Assembly: GCA_034408725.1 (NCBI GenBank)
Contig: JAWXCN010000115.1
Location: 1-15,590, forward strand
From: Candidatus Hydrogenedentota bacterium
Lineage (GTDB): Bacteria > Hydrogenedentota > Hydrogenedentia > Hydrogenedentales > SLHB01
Reading direction: 5' to 3'
Length of the DNA: 15,590 bases
Below, in pieces: positions 6,333 to 14,810 of the stretch (positions are counted from its first letter, which is position 1; each line of letters opens with the position of its first letter). Under the pieces are notes generated by a model. It was not told the origin of the DNA. It did not search any database and saw only the letters and a list, made by a program, of their open reading frames with translations. A program made the translations under genes and the position numbers.

Positions 6333-8576
6333 ATGAACACTTCCACCCAGACGCGGTACCGGATTTGCCCGTTGTGCGAAGCAACCTGCGGCCTCGAAGT
6401 TGAAACGAATGGCCGGCGCGTGACGCACATCAAAGGCGACGCGGCAGACACCTTCAGCGAAGGCTTCATCTGCCCCAAAGGCGCCGCATTGGCGGAATTG
6501 GACGCGGACCCGGACCGTTTGCGATCGCCCATGATCCGCGAAGGGAACCACTGGCGCGCAGCATCGTGGGACGAAGCGTTCGCAGTTATCAACGATAAAC
6601 TGACGCGTATACGGGACGAACACGGACGCAACAGCGTTGGCATCTATCTTGGCAATCCCACCGTACACAACCTCGCGCTGACGGCCTACGCGCCCGTGAT
6701 GGCAAAAGCACTGGGATCGCGCGCGGTGTTTTCCGCCAGTACCGTTGATCAGTTTCCAAAACAACTCGCGAGCGCACTCATGTTCGGTTCCGGGCTCAGC
6801 GTTGCCGTGCCTGACATAGATCGATGCCAATACATGATGATCCTGGGCGCAAACCCGATGGTGTCGAATGGCAGCATGATGACCGTGCCCAATTTCCCCG
6901 GACGCCTGCGCCGAATGCGCCAACGCGGCGGCAAAGCCGTCGTCATTGACCCGCGCCGAACAAAGACGGCCGAAGCCGCGGACGAGCATCATTTCATCCA
7001 GCCCGGCACCGATGCCCTCTTGCTCTTCGCAATTGTTCACACGCTGTTCGAGGAAGGTCTCACAAAACCCGGCAGGCTTGCAGAATGGACCGAAGGACTG
7101 GACCGCGTGCGCGAACTAGCCGCGGCGTTCACGCCCGAACGCGCCGCCGCGCAGTGTGGCATTGACGCGGAAACCATTCGCAGGTTCGCGCGGGAAATCG
7201 CGGCAGCACCCAGCGCGGCAGTCTATGCGCGCATCGGGACATGCACCCAGGAATTCGGAACCATCGCGAATTGGCTGCCAGACGTGATCCACGTGCTCAC
7301 CGGCAATCTTGATCGCGAAGGCGGCGCGATGTTTACGAAGGCCGCCATAGGACCATCGAACACAAAAGGCTCGGCGGGCGCGGGTCGAGGCGCAAAAGTA
7401 GGCCGTTGGAAGAGCCGCGTGCGCGGCGTGGGCGAGATTTTCGGCGAGCTGCCCGTTGCATGCCTGGCGGAAGAAATCGAAACATCCGGTGAAGACCAGA
7501 TACGCACGCTGATAACCGTCGCGGGGAATCCCGTATTGAGCACGCCAAATGGAAATGGCCGGCTCGCGCGCGCGCTGGACTCGCTCGAGTTCATGGTGTG
7601 CCTGGACGTCTATCTTAACGAAACCACCCGGTACGCAAACGTGATCCTGCCCGGACCGTCACCCTTGGAAACGCCGCATTATGATTTGGCATTCAGCCAA
7701 TTATCCGTGCGCAACAATGCGCGGTATTCGCGCGCGCTGTTCGAGAAACCCGCGGACCAACCGGAGGAGTGGGAAACAATCCTGCGATTGGTGGGCGTTC
7801 TCAACGGCATGGGGCCCAACGCGGACAACGATTTTCTCGACGGCATGGTGATGATGACGCTCATCCAACGCGAATTGGACGACGCCACATCGAACATTCA
7901 CGGACGCGACCCGCGGGAGATTCTCGAAGCCCTCGAGCCGCGCGGCGGACCAGATCGCATGTTGGACTTCATGTTACGCACCGGCCCGTACGGCGATGGA
8001 TTCGGCGCGACGCCGGACGGCTTAACACTGGAAAAAGTCGCAGCGCAACCGCACGGCATAGACCTCGGTCCGCTTGAACCGCGCATTCCCGAAATGTTGC
8101 GGACGAAATCAGGCAAAATCGAGTTGGCGCCCGATCACATTGTCGCGGATGTTCCACGGCTAACTGAAAAACTGGCGCGAAATGGAAACGGATTCGTATT
8201 GATTGGAAGACGCGATCTGCGGTCGAATAATTCATGGATGCACAACCTGCCCACGCTGGTGTCCGGCAAAGCGCGTTGCACGGTGCAGATGAATCCCGGC
8301 GATGCGAAAGCGCTGGGTATCGCGGACGGCGGCATAGCGCGCATCGCGTCGCGCGTAGGCGATCTAAATGCGCCGGTCGAAATTACGGAGAGCATCATGC
8401 CCGGCGTGGTAAGTATTCCGCATGGTTGGGGTCATAACACCGATGGACTTGGCATGGCCGTCGCGCGCGAGCACGCCGGTGTCAACACAAACTTGCTCGC
8501 CGATGATCAATTTTTGGATGTTCCCTCGGGGACGGTAGCGCTATCCGGCATTCCGGTGACTGTTGCAAAGGCTTAG
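6333..8576 (+). CDS. Molybdopterin-dependent oxidoreductase (DMSO reductase/MopB superfamily), stand-alone and probably cytoplasmic
   Basis: N-terminal 4Fe-4S motif CPLCEATC...CPKG, DRLRSP, SWDEAF, GANPMVSNG, VIDPRRT, PGTDALL, GNLDREGG, NETTRYANVILP and the C-terminal MGD-binding region RSNNSWMHN...PGVVSIPHGWG. GAGG RBS before the ATG at 6333. No Tat signal. Confidence 0.93.
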   Translation: MNTSTQTRYRICPLCEATCGLEVETNGRRVTHIKGDAADTFSEGFICPKGAALAELDADPDRLRSPMIREGNHWRAASWDEAFAVINDKLTRIRDEHGRNSVGIYLGNPTVHNLALTAYAPVMAKALGSRAVFSASTVDQFPKQLASALMFGSGLSVAVPDIDRCQYMMILGANPMVSNGSMMTVPNFPGRLRRMRQRGGKAVVIDPRRTKTAEAADEHHFIQPGTDALLLFAIVHTLFEEGLTKPGRLAEWTEGLDRVRELAAAFTPERAAAQCGIDAETIRRFAREIAAAPSAAVYARIGTCTQEFGTIANWLPDVIHVLTGNLDREGGAMFTKAAIGPSNTKGSAGAGRGAKVGRWKSRVRGVGEIFGELPVACLAEEIETSGEDQIRTLITVAGNPVLSTPNGNGRLARALDSLEFMVCLDVYLNETTRYANVILPGPSPLETPHYDLAFSQLSVRNNARYSRALFEKPADQPEEWETILRLVGVLNGMGPNADNDFLDGMVMMTLIQRELDDATSNIHGRDPREILEALEPRGGPDRMLDFMLRTGPYGDGFGATPDGLTLEKVAAQPHGIDLGPLEPRIPEMLRTKSGKIELAPDHIVADVPRLTEKLARNGNGFVLIGRRDLRSNNSWMHNLPTLVSGKARCTVQMNPGDAKALGIADGGIARIASRVGDLNAPVEITESIMPGVVSIPHGWGHNTDGLGMAVAREHAGVNTNLLADDQFLDVPSGTVALSGIPVTVAKA

Positions 8577-8580
8577 ATTT

Positions 8581-8598
8581 CTCGTTCTCGTACTCGTA
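8581..8598. repeat. Short hexamer tandem repeat (CTCGTW x3) between convergent genes
   Basis: CTCGTT CTCGTA CTCGTA, starting 5 nt after the oxidoreductase stop. Confidence 0.5.
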
Positions 8599-8620
8599 AT
8601 TGATCATCCGGAACGCGCAA

Positions 8621-8941
8621 TTACATCCCCGCCAGGACCTCCGCAAATGATGGCGAAATCCAGGGAATGAAATGCGTATACACCTCGTATACCGTCGCTA
8701 TACTCAATACCAGCAACAACCCAAACTTCATCGTTGCCCAACTATCGTCCACGCGCTCCCCGCGCACGAGCGACCAAGCATCGGGCGTTGCCACATAGTG
8801 CAGCGCCTCCAGAAAATTTTCCCAATGGCCAAAAATCGCCCAAGCGTAAAAGAAGTACGCGGGAACGCACAACACACTGACGAGGACCCAGTCGAGCGGG
8901 AGGTCACGCAGAAAATCCATAGTGAGTTGAAAGTCTTCCAT
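8621..8941 (-). CDS. Small hypothetical membrane protein (two hydrophobic segments)
   Basis: 106 aa starting 9 nt after the TPR gene stop. Hydrophobic stretches WVLVSVLCVPAYFFYAWAIF and FGLLLVLSIATVY flank TPDAWSLVRGE. Confidence 0.7.
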   Translation of the reverse strand: MEDFQLTMDFLRDLPLDWVLVSVLCVPAYFFYAWAIFGHWENFLEALHYVATPDAWSLVRGERVDDSWATMKFGLLLVLSIATVYEVYTHFIPWISPSFAEVLAGM

Positions 8942-8950
8942 CCTGTCCCG

Positions 8951-10540
8951 TTATTCGCCGATAGCCTCGGGTAGCGCAATTGCGCTTAGTGATTCCGGTA
9001 ACTGCCCGCCCAGTTTCCGCGCAATTCTGGCGTGCTCGCGCGCTTTCGCGCTGCTACCTTGTTCAAGATAGATTTCCGCGAGCGCGATATGCGTCTCCGG
9101 CTCGGTGGGCGCGATACGCAACGCCTGCTCCAGTTTTTTTATGGCCGGGACCAAATCCCCGCGCTGTTGATCGAGCTTCGCGTAGTCGATCCACGCCGCG
9201 GGGTTCTCGCTGTCCGCGGCCAGCGCGCGATCAAACGACTGCGCTGCCGCGTCAAACTGCCGCAACGTCGTCAACGCGCGGCCCAGACCCGTGTGCGCCA
9301 GGGCGTTTCCTGGCGCAAGCGCAATCGCCTTTTCATACCAGCCGCGCGCCGCCTCAAATTTTCCCAGCTTCTCAAGCACGCCGCCCGAATTGATCATCGC
9401 ATCGACATGACGCGGAGCGATCCGCAATGCTTCCGCATAGGCCGCAAGGGCGTCATCAAGCTTGCCCTGGTCTTCGAGCGGAAACGCGAGGCGCGCGAAC
9501 CCTTCCGGGTCCGTGGGAACAAGTTTTGTGTACCTGCGAAACGCGGCGATAGCCCCGTCAAGGTCCCCGGCTTCGTACAATACCTGGCCAAGATTAAACG
9601 CCGGCTCCGGTTGCGTTGCACACAGTTCCAATGCGCTTCGCAACGCGCGGACAGCGCCTTGCAAGTCCCCCTTGGCGTACAGCGCGCCGCCCAATCCCGC
9701 ATGCGCTTCACGCACTGTTGCATCCAGTTCGATGGCTTTCTGAAAAGCGCGGATCGCTTCCTCCTGATTTCCCGCGCCAGCCGCGAGCACGCCAATGGCC
9801 GCATAGGCTTCTCCGTAGGCCGGATCGAATTCAAGCGCATGCCGGTAACACGAAAGCGCAATCCCGCCGTCGCCCCGCGCCGCGAACGCCGCGCCCGTCT
9901 GCGTCAATGAAACGGCAATCGCCGTGCGCGCGCCAACCGTCCTGAACAACGCGGGATCAGTGCAGGGATACGGCAAGTATTCCGCGAGATATTCCGCGCC
10001 TTCGTATACGCGGCCCCGCTGCGTGGTTTCAATGTGCAATGGCGTTTCCGCCAACCGGACCAGCGCATGCCCGCGCCCCGCCACCATACGCAATTGTAGT
10101 CCCACGCGTTCGCCCAGCGCGAGATACAGCATGGTCATTCCGAAACAGTTCCATTGCTTTTTGTCCACCACATCCGCGAATGATACGTACACGTCCGCAG
10201 GCAGGCTGTCGGCATTCGCGAAACCCCACGTCCCATATATGACCTCCGCCATGCGTTGCAACCGCGAAGCGTCGTTTGGCGCTACTGCGAGAAGTGGCTG
10301 CAACTCCGCTGCCATCGCGTCGAGCCGGCGTATATACAATGCGGGGAGCATCGCGGGATTCAGCGCATGGTCAATCGCCAACACGGTCGCGGCAATCTCC
10401 GGTTCTGAACTGCGCGCGGCGATGGACGACACCGCGGCAAGCGGATCGGCCGCAACATCCGCAAAGGTCCGCGTTGCGATGAAGCACAAATACGCCAGAC
10501 GCGCGTAGCACGGTCTTGGATTCGCCGAAATCACTGCCAT
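8951..10540 (-). CDS. Transglutaminase-like (SirB1-type N-terminal domain) plus tetratricopeptide-repeat protein
   Basis: WNCFGMTMLYLALGERVGL...GHALVRL...HIETT is followed by roughly nine 34-aa TPR units (ALEFDP, AIELDA, ALRIAP, AIALAP, ALRIAP). The start abuts the upstream stop with a 0-nt gap. Confidence 0.85.
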   Translation of the reverse strand: MAVISANPRPCYARLAYLCFIATRTFADVAADPLAAVSSIAARSSEPEIAATVLAIDHALNPAMLPALYIRRLDAMAAELQPLLAVAPNDASRLQRMAEVIYGTWGFANADSLPADVYVSFADVVDKKQWNCFGMTMLYLALGERVGLQLRMVAGRGHALVRLAETPLHIETTQRGRVYEGAEYLAEYLPYPCTDPALFRTVGARTAIAVSLTQTGAAFAARGDGGIALSCYRHALEFDPAYGEAYAAIGVLAAGAGNQEEAIRAFQKAIELDATVREAHAGLGGALYAKGDLQGAVRALRSALELCATQPEPAFNLGQVLYEAGDLDGAIAAFRRYTKLVPTDPEGFARLAFPLEDQGKLDDALAAYAEALRIAPRHVDAMINSGGVLEKLGKFEAARGWYEKAIALAPGNALAHTGLGRALTTLRQFDAAAQSFDRALAADSENPAAWIDYAKLDQQRGDLVPAIKKLEQALRIAPTEPETHIALAEIYLEQGSSAKAREHARIARKLGGQLPESLSAIALPEAIGE

Positions 10541-12193
10541 TTACTTCTTCTTCGACTTCTCGAACGTTTTTCCCAAACGTTTTCCGAGCCGCTCCATTGC
10601 CCGCGAACTGTCGTAGGGATCGAGATGGACATTGATAAGCGAAAAGCTGTCCATGTTTGCGTTCGCAACGTCAAGCGCGTCATCGAACTCGCCTTCGGTG
10701 TGTACTTCGAGACCCAGGCCCGCGCCCAGCAGTTCCGTCACGAGATGGTAGTTCCAGTTCAAAATGTCATTATAAGGTCCATCATCAATGAACCGCTCCG
10801 TGCTGTAGCCCTTGTTGTTCAACACGATGACGATTGGGTTTAAATTGTTGCGGACTATCGTCGACAGCTCCTGGCCCGTCATTTGAAACGCGCCGTCGCC
10901 CACAAACACGACCGGCCGCAGCTTGGGCTTGTTGATGTGCGCGCCCAAAGCCGCAGGGACCGCAAACCCCATCGACGTGTAATACGCGGGACTGAGAAAC
11001 TCGGTGTGCTTACGAATCGTAAGGTCCGCCGCGCCGAACAGACTGTCGCCAATGTCGCAGATCACGATGTGTTCGTCGCGCAGGAACGCGTCAATCCGCT
11101 CGAACATGCGCCGGACGGTCATCGGATTCGCTGGCTTTGTTTTGAACGTTATCTCGCGCGGCTTCCGCGCGCGCACCTTCGCGGATTTGCGTTTGGGCAG
11201 TGCGCCGATAAGCCCTTCCATGAAGTCCTTGAGCTGAATGTCCTCAAACAGATGCCGCTTGATGGCGATCCGTTCCGCACTCGCGTTGATGGTTTTGGCG
11301 GGATCGAGTTTGGCCGTGAAGATGCCCAAATCGATGTCGGTCAGAAATGCGCCGAGGATCATCAGGCAATCGGCGCGCTCGACCGTTTTACGCACGTCGT
11401 CGCGACCCATCGCGCCTTCGTATACGCCGAGGTATTGCGGATGGTCTTCTTCCATCATCGACTTGCCCAGCAACGTCGAGGCAATCGGCATGCCCGTATG
11501 CTCGACCAGCCGCTTCAACAGGCTTTGCAACCCGAACCGGTGAATCTCGACGCCGCCGAGCACAATCGTGCGTTTGGCTTTCCGGATCATCTCCGCGGCT
11601 TCCGCAACGGCCTCCCGCAACGCGAGGGAATCGCTTTTTACGCGGTCAAAGGTCCACGGCTTCGGCGCGGCGCACGGGACGGCGACCATATCGCGCGGAA
11701 TCTCGACGTAGATGGGTCGCTTCTGCCGAATGCACGCATCCAGCGCATTGTCAATCTGCGCCGGGGCATCGTCGGGGTTCTCGAGCGCAATCGCCGCAAC
11801 AGTCACGCGTTCAAAGATCAGGCGCTGCGTATTGAAATCACGCACCTTGTGGTGGAGGAATGGGGAACGCTCGCGCTCGCCCAAGCCGGGCGCGCCGCTG
11901 ATCAGAATGAGCGGCGATTTTTCCGCGTACGCGCCGGCGACGGCGTTCAACGCGTTGAACCCGCCGACGCTGTAGGTAATGCAGACCGCGCCGAGACCGT
12001 TCACGCGGGCATAGGCATCCGCGGCAAACCCCGCGCCAAGCTCGGTGCAGGTGCCGACCACCGCTAGTTTGCTTTCGACCATTTGGTCGTAGAAGCCGAG
12101 CACGTAATCGCCCGGCACGCCAAACACGTGCTTAATTCCAAGCTCTTCCATGCGATGAATCAGGTATCCGCCGATGGTTGTGCGCTGCCGCAT
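10541..12193 (-). CDS. TPP-dependent alpha-keto acid decarboxylase (pyruvate/indolepyruvate/phenylpyruvate decarboxylase family)
   Basis: FGVPGDY, ELGAGFAADAYAR, LHH, TPP-binding GDGAFQMTGQE...LNNKGY, YSTERFI and YNDI-x-x-W-x-Y. GGGAGG RBS before the ATG at 12193. Confidence 0.93.
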   Translation of the reverse strand: MRQRTTIGGYLIHRMEELGIKHVFGVPGDYVLGFYDQMVESKLAVVGTCTELGAGFAADAYARVNGLGAVCITYSVGGFNALNAVAGAYAEKSPLILISGAPGLGERERSPFLHHKVRDFNTQRLIFERVTVAAIALENPDDAPAQIDNALDACIRQKRPIYVEIPRDMVAVPCAAPKPWTFDRVKSDSLALREAVAEAAEMIRKAKRTIVLGGVEIHRFGLQSLLKRLVEHTGMPIASTLLGKSMMEEDHPQYLGVYEGAMGRDDVRKTVERADCLMILGAFLTDIDLGIFTAKLDPAKTINASAERIAIKRHLFEDIQLKDFMEGLIGALPKRKSAKVRARKPREITFKTKPANPMTVRRMFERIDAFLRDEHIVICDIGDSLFGAADLTIRKHTEFLSPAYYTSMGFAVPAALGAHINKPKLRPVVFVGDGAFQMTGQELSTIVRNNLNPIVIVLNNKGYSTERFIDDGPYNDILNWNYHLVTELLGAGLGLEVHTEGEFDDALDVANANMDSFSLINVHLDPYDSSRAMERLGKRLGKTFEKSKKK

Positions 12194-12278
12194 GCGAAAT
12201 CCTCCCGCGTCCGAGTTCCAGCGTTCGTCACCACAATGCCCGTGCGGCGCGCGTTCCTGCAACTTGTCCCCTTGGATT

Positions 12279-12287
12279 TGGTATAGT
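12279..12287 (+). promoter_or_regulatory. Candidate extended -10 promoter element for the exbB-exbD-exbD operon
   Basis: TG-G-TATAGT about 50 nt upstream of the ATG at 12337. No convincing -35 element. Confidence 0.3.
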
Positions 12288-12336
12288 AACCCCGTGTTTA
12301 GGGTGGGGACGGGTTGATAACAAGCGTGGTGGGTGA

Positions 12337-13029
12337 ATGAGCATTCTTTGGTACGCAATTGTCAATGACTGGCCGGTACTGTTGCCGATTATCTTTTGTT
12401 CGGTGCTATGCCTGGCGGTCATGATCGAGCGATATTGGTTTTTCCGCAAGAACAGGGTCAATACCGCGGATTTCATTCACACCCTCCAGCGGGAACTCGA
12501 TAACGGCCTCGACCACGCCAAAGTCGCCGCAGAAAAACAAAAAGGCATTCTCGGCGAGCTGGCCGCGGAAGGCATCGTTATTGTCGGCAAGCACCCGGAA
12601 CGATTCGAGCCGATGTTCGACGTCACCACGTCGCTTGCGATGCGCGAGTTGGACCGCAACCTTGCCGTGCTGGGCACCATTGCCACGGTTTCCCCCTATC
12701 TCGGACTGTTCGGCACCGTAATTCGAATCCTGTTGACCTTTGGCGAACTCTCGCGCGCGGACAGCGGGGGCAATGTCGCGAACGTCATGTTCGGAATCGG
12801 GTCCGCGCTCGTCGCGACGGCGGCGGGACTCGGCGTCGCGATCGTCGCCGTGGCCTTGAACAATTATTTCCGCACGATGGTCGAGAAATTTGCGGGCGAT
12901 TTCGAGGTGCTGAAGCTGGTGTTGCTTAGCGTCGTGGGCGGAGGAACAAGCCGAGCGCAACGCGCCGCCGGCGCGGCGCAGTATGCGCGCCGGCCTGATC
13001 CGCGCATGGTGCAACAGGACCGACCATGA
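12337..13029 (+). CDS. exbB: MotA/TolQ/ExbB proton-channel family protein
   Basis: Three hydrophobic segments, LGTIATVSPYLGLFGTV and GIGSALVATAAGL-x-VAI motifs. Overlaps the next gene via ATGA. Confidence 0.9.
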   Translation: MSILWYAIVNDWPVLLPIIFCSVLCLAVMIERYWFFRKNRVNTADFIHTLQRELDNGLDHAKVAAEKQKGILGELAAEGIVIVGKHPERFEPMFDVTTSLAMRELDRNLAVLGTIATVSPYLGLFGTVIRILLTFGELSRADSGGNVANVMFGIGSALVATAAGLGVAIVAVALNNYFRTMVEKFAGDFEVLKLVLLSVVGGGTSRAQRAAGAAQYARRPDPRMVQQDRP

Positions 13030-13481
13030 ACCACGTTGACCGCGGCCAACGGCACGTCTTTGGCGAAATCAACATTACCCCACTAACCGATATTTTCCTG
13101 GTGTTGCTGATCATAGTCATCGTCGTAGCGCCGCACATGGCGAATTCGCGCCGGGACATCAACATGCCGCACATCACGGCGGGCGATGGCATCGAGCGGA
13201 AATGGCTTACGGTCGAGATCACTACGGATGGCAGCTACTTCATCGACTCGAATCTGGTCAAACCGGAAGACTTGACCAATGCGCTGCGGAACCGGCTCGC
13301 TTCGCAAACCGAGAAGTCGCTCGTGGTGCGCGGGGATCGCGCGTCCAAGAGCAGGGCCGTCATGGAAGTGTTCCAATCCGCGAAGGACGCTGGTTTCGAG
13401 CGCGTCATGGTCGCCGGGGAATCCGACGAGAACGGCGCCGCGGCTTCACTACCGGTGGAGGCGCCGAATGAGGGCGTCTAG
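13026..13481 (+). CDS. exbD: ExbD/TolR family protein (copy 1)
   Basis: EINITPLTDIFLVLLII transmembrane motif with the conserved Asp, plus VRGDR and AKDAGF in the periplasmic domain. Confidence 0.9.
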   Translation: MNHVDRGQRHVFGEINITPLTDIFLVLLIIVIVVAPHMANSRRDINMPHITAGDGIERKWLTVEITTDGSYFIDSNLVKPEDLTNALRNRLASQTEKSLVVRGDRASKSRAVMEVFQSAKDAGFERVMVAGESDENGAAASLPVEAPNEGV

Positions 13482-13899
13482 CAAAAAGGTGATGGATGAA
13501 ATCAACATCACCCCCCTCACCGATATTTTCCTCGTGCTGCTCATCATCATGATGGTTGTTGCGCCGATGTTGAATTACCGCGCGTTGCCCGTGCGGTTTT
13601 CATCCGCCGACGCGGAATCCATCGCGCCGGACGACGCGGTGAAAATCATGTCGCTTGTCGTCGCCGAAAACGGCGATATTCAAATTGAAGGCGAAATCAC
13701 CGCGCGCGATCGGCTCATGCAGCAGATCAAGGATAAATCCGTTGCGTTCCCCGATGGCGTGGAAGTCGCCGTCGCGCCGGATGCATCGTTGGACGCCATG
13801 ACCGCCGCATTGAATGCGGTGCAAATGGCGGGAGTTGAGAAGGTGTCGGTGGTGCAGCAGAATGAGCCTGAGCTCAAGGCCGGCACCGCCTCAGAATAA
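13468..13899 (+). CDS. exbD: ExbD/TolR family protein (copy 2)
   Basis: The ATG at 13468 follows a GGAGG RBS and overlaps the copy 1 end. EINITPLTDIFLVLLIIMMVVAP and AGVEKVSV motifs. Confidence 0.88.
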   Translation: MRASSKKVMDEINITPLTDIFLVLLIIMMVVAPMLNYRALPVRFSSADAESIAPDDAVKIMSLVVAENGDIQIEGEITARDRLMQQIKDKSVAFPDGVEVAVAPDASLDAMTAALNAVQMAGVEKVSVVQQNEPELKAGTASE

Positions 13900-13929
13900 G
13901 GCAGGGTTGGGCGAATGGCGTCGAGATGG

Positions 13930-13991
13930 TGGACGAAGTGGACGCTATGGACGAAGTGGACCGTTAAGGCAGATTAGCGCGACGAAGTGGA
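13930..13991. repeat. Short 9-bp-period tandem repeat (TGGACNNNN)
   Basis: TGGACGAAG TGGACGCTA TGGACGAAG TGGACCGTT at 13930-13965, plus a detached copy GACGAAGTGGA at 13981-13991. Confidence 0.6.
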
Positions 13992-14060
13992 ACGCCTCCC
14001 CCATCGTTTGGTAAACTTCCCCGCTACAAAAAAAGTCCTTCTCGACAATCCTGTCGCCGC

Positions 14061-14150
14061 GGAGAGGTGGCCGAGTGGTTGAAGGCGGCGGCCTCGAAAG
14101 CCGTTGTATCGCTTGCGGTACCGCGAGTTCGAATCTCGCCCTCTCCGCCA
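14061..14150 (+). tRNA. tRNA-Ser (anticodon CGA)
   Basis: GGAGAGG/CCTCTCC acceptor stem, D-arm GCCGAGTGGTTGAAGGC, anticodon arm GCGGC-CT-CGA-AA-GCCGT, long variable arm, T-loop GTTCGAATC, G discriminator and encoded CCA. 90 nt. Confidence 0.97.
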
Positions 14151-14189
14151 TTTTTCCCTATCTGTTATGCTGTGGTCTTCGTGGGGAAA

Positions 14190-14804
14190 ATGCGCGTCAT
14201 GAACCGGACCGTACTCCTAAAAATTGGAACTCTGGCCATCCTTCTGGTCTGCTTAGGCCTTGCATATTTGGCATTCTTTGCGTCAGGGAAAAGTTTGCCA
14301 GTCTTAATTTCGATTATCGTTGCCTTGTTGATTCCTGGGCGTGTTCAGGGCGTTTTGTGGCGGGAGCTGTTTAACGGACGCAGGCTTTTTACGCGTGGAC
14401 AATACGCGGATGCATTACCCCATTTTGAACGCTTCATGACGCAACTCGAAGCGCGCCCAGCTCTGCGACATGCAATATGGCTGGCTTGGAGCTTCTATTC
14501 GTTGCGCCCGGATGTCATGGCCTTGACCAACATTGGCGCGTGCCATCTCATTCTCGGCCAACTCAACGAATCGGAAATCGCCTCGACTGAAGCGATCCGT
14601 CGAGATCCGCTCGCCCCTCTGCCCCACTTCAATCTGGCAATGCTCCACCACGCGAAAAACCAGCCGGAAGATCGCGACGCTTACTTCCGTCGCGCACAGC
14701 AGCTTGGATATCGCGGATCTTTGAGCGATGCCCTGGCCATGCACGCCATGAACGCCTACGCCACCGTTGAAGGACGTCAGGCTAAACCCGATACGCTGGA
14801 TTGA
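14190..14804 (+). CDS. Membrane-anchored TPR-containing hypothetical protein
   Basis: Two N-terminal hydrophobic helices, then TPR-like motifs (GQYADALPHFERF, ALTNIGACHLILGQ, AIRRDPLAPLPHFNLA). Start at 14190 or 14199. The track start at 14067 lies inside the tRNA. Confidence 0.75.
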   Translation: MRVMNRTVLLKIGTLAILLVCLGLAYLAFFASGKSLPVLISIIVALLIPGRVQGVLWRELFNGRRLFTRGQYADALPHFERFMTQLEARPALRHAIWLAWSFYSLRPDVMALTNIGACHLILGQLNESEIASTEAIRRDPLAPLPHFNLAMLHHAKNQPEDRDAYFRRAQQLGYRGSLSDALAMHAMNAYATVEGRQAKPDTLD

Positions 14805-14810
14805 GACCGA

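Noticed and set aside
10883..12067. Long antisense ORFs (394 aa here, also 9032-9910, 3812-4576, 6309-7040, 12406-13014)
   Set aside because: They are shadows of well-supported genes on the opposite strand, expected in high-GC DNA, and carry no motifs.
10541..12193. Specific ipdC (auxin synthesis) or pdc assignment
   Set aside because: Family membership is clear, but substrate specificity cannot be read reliably from the sequence by eye.
14128..14150. tRNA 3' end as the att site of an integrated element
   Set aside because: I saw no duplicate of the tRNA 3' end and no integrase in the window.
14061..14150. tRNA-Sec or suppressor tRNA because of the long variable arm
   Set aside because: The CGA anticodon, 7-bp acceptor stem and G discriminator are standard for tRNA-Ser.
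13945..14151. 68-aa minus-strand ORF MAERARFELAVP...
   Set aside because: It is the reverse-complement translation of the tRNA-Ser gene.
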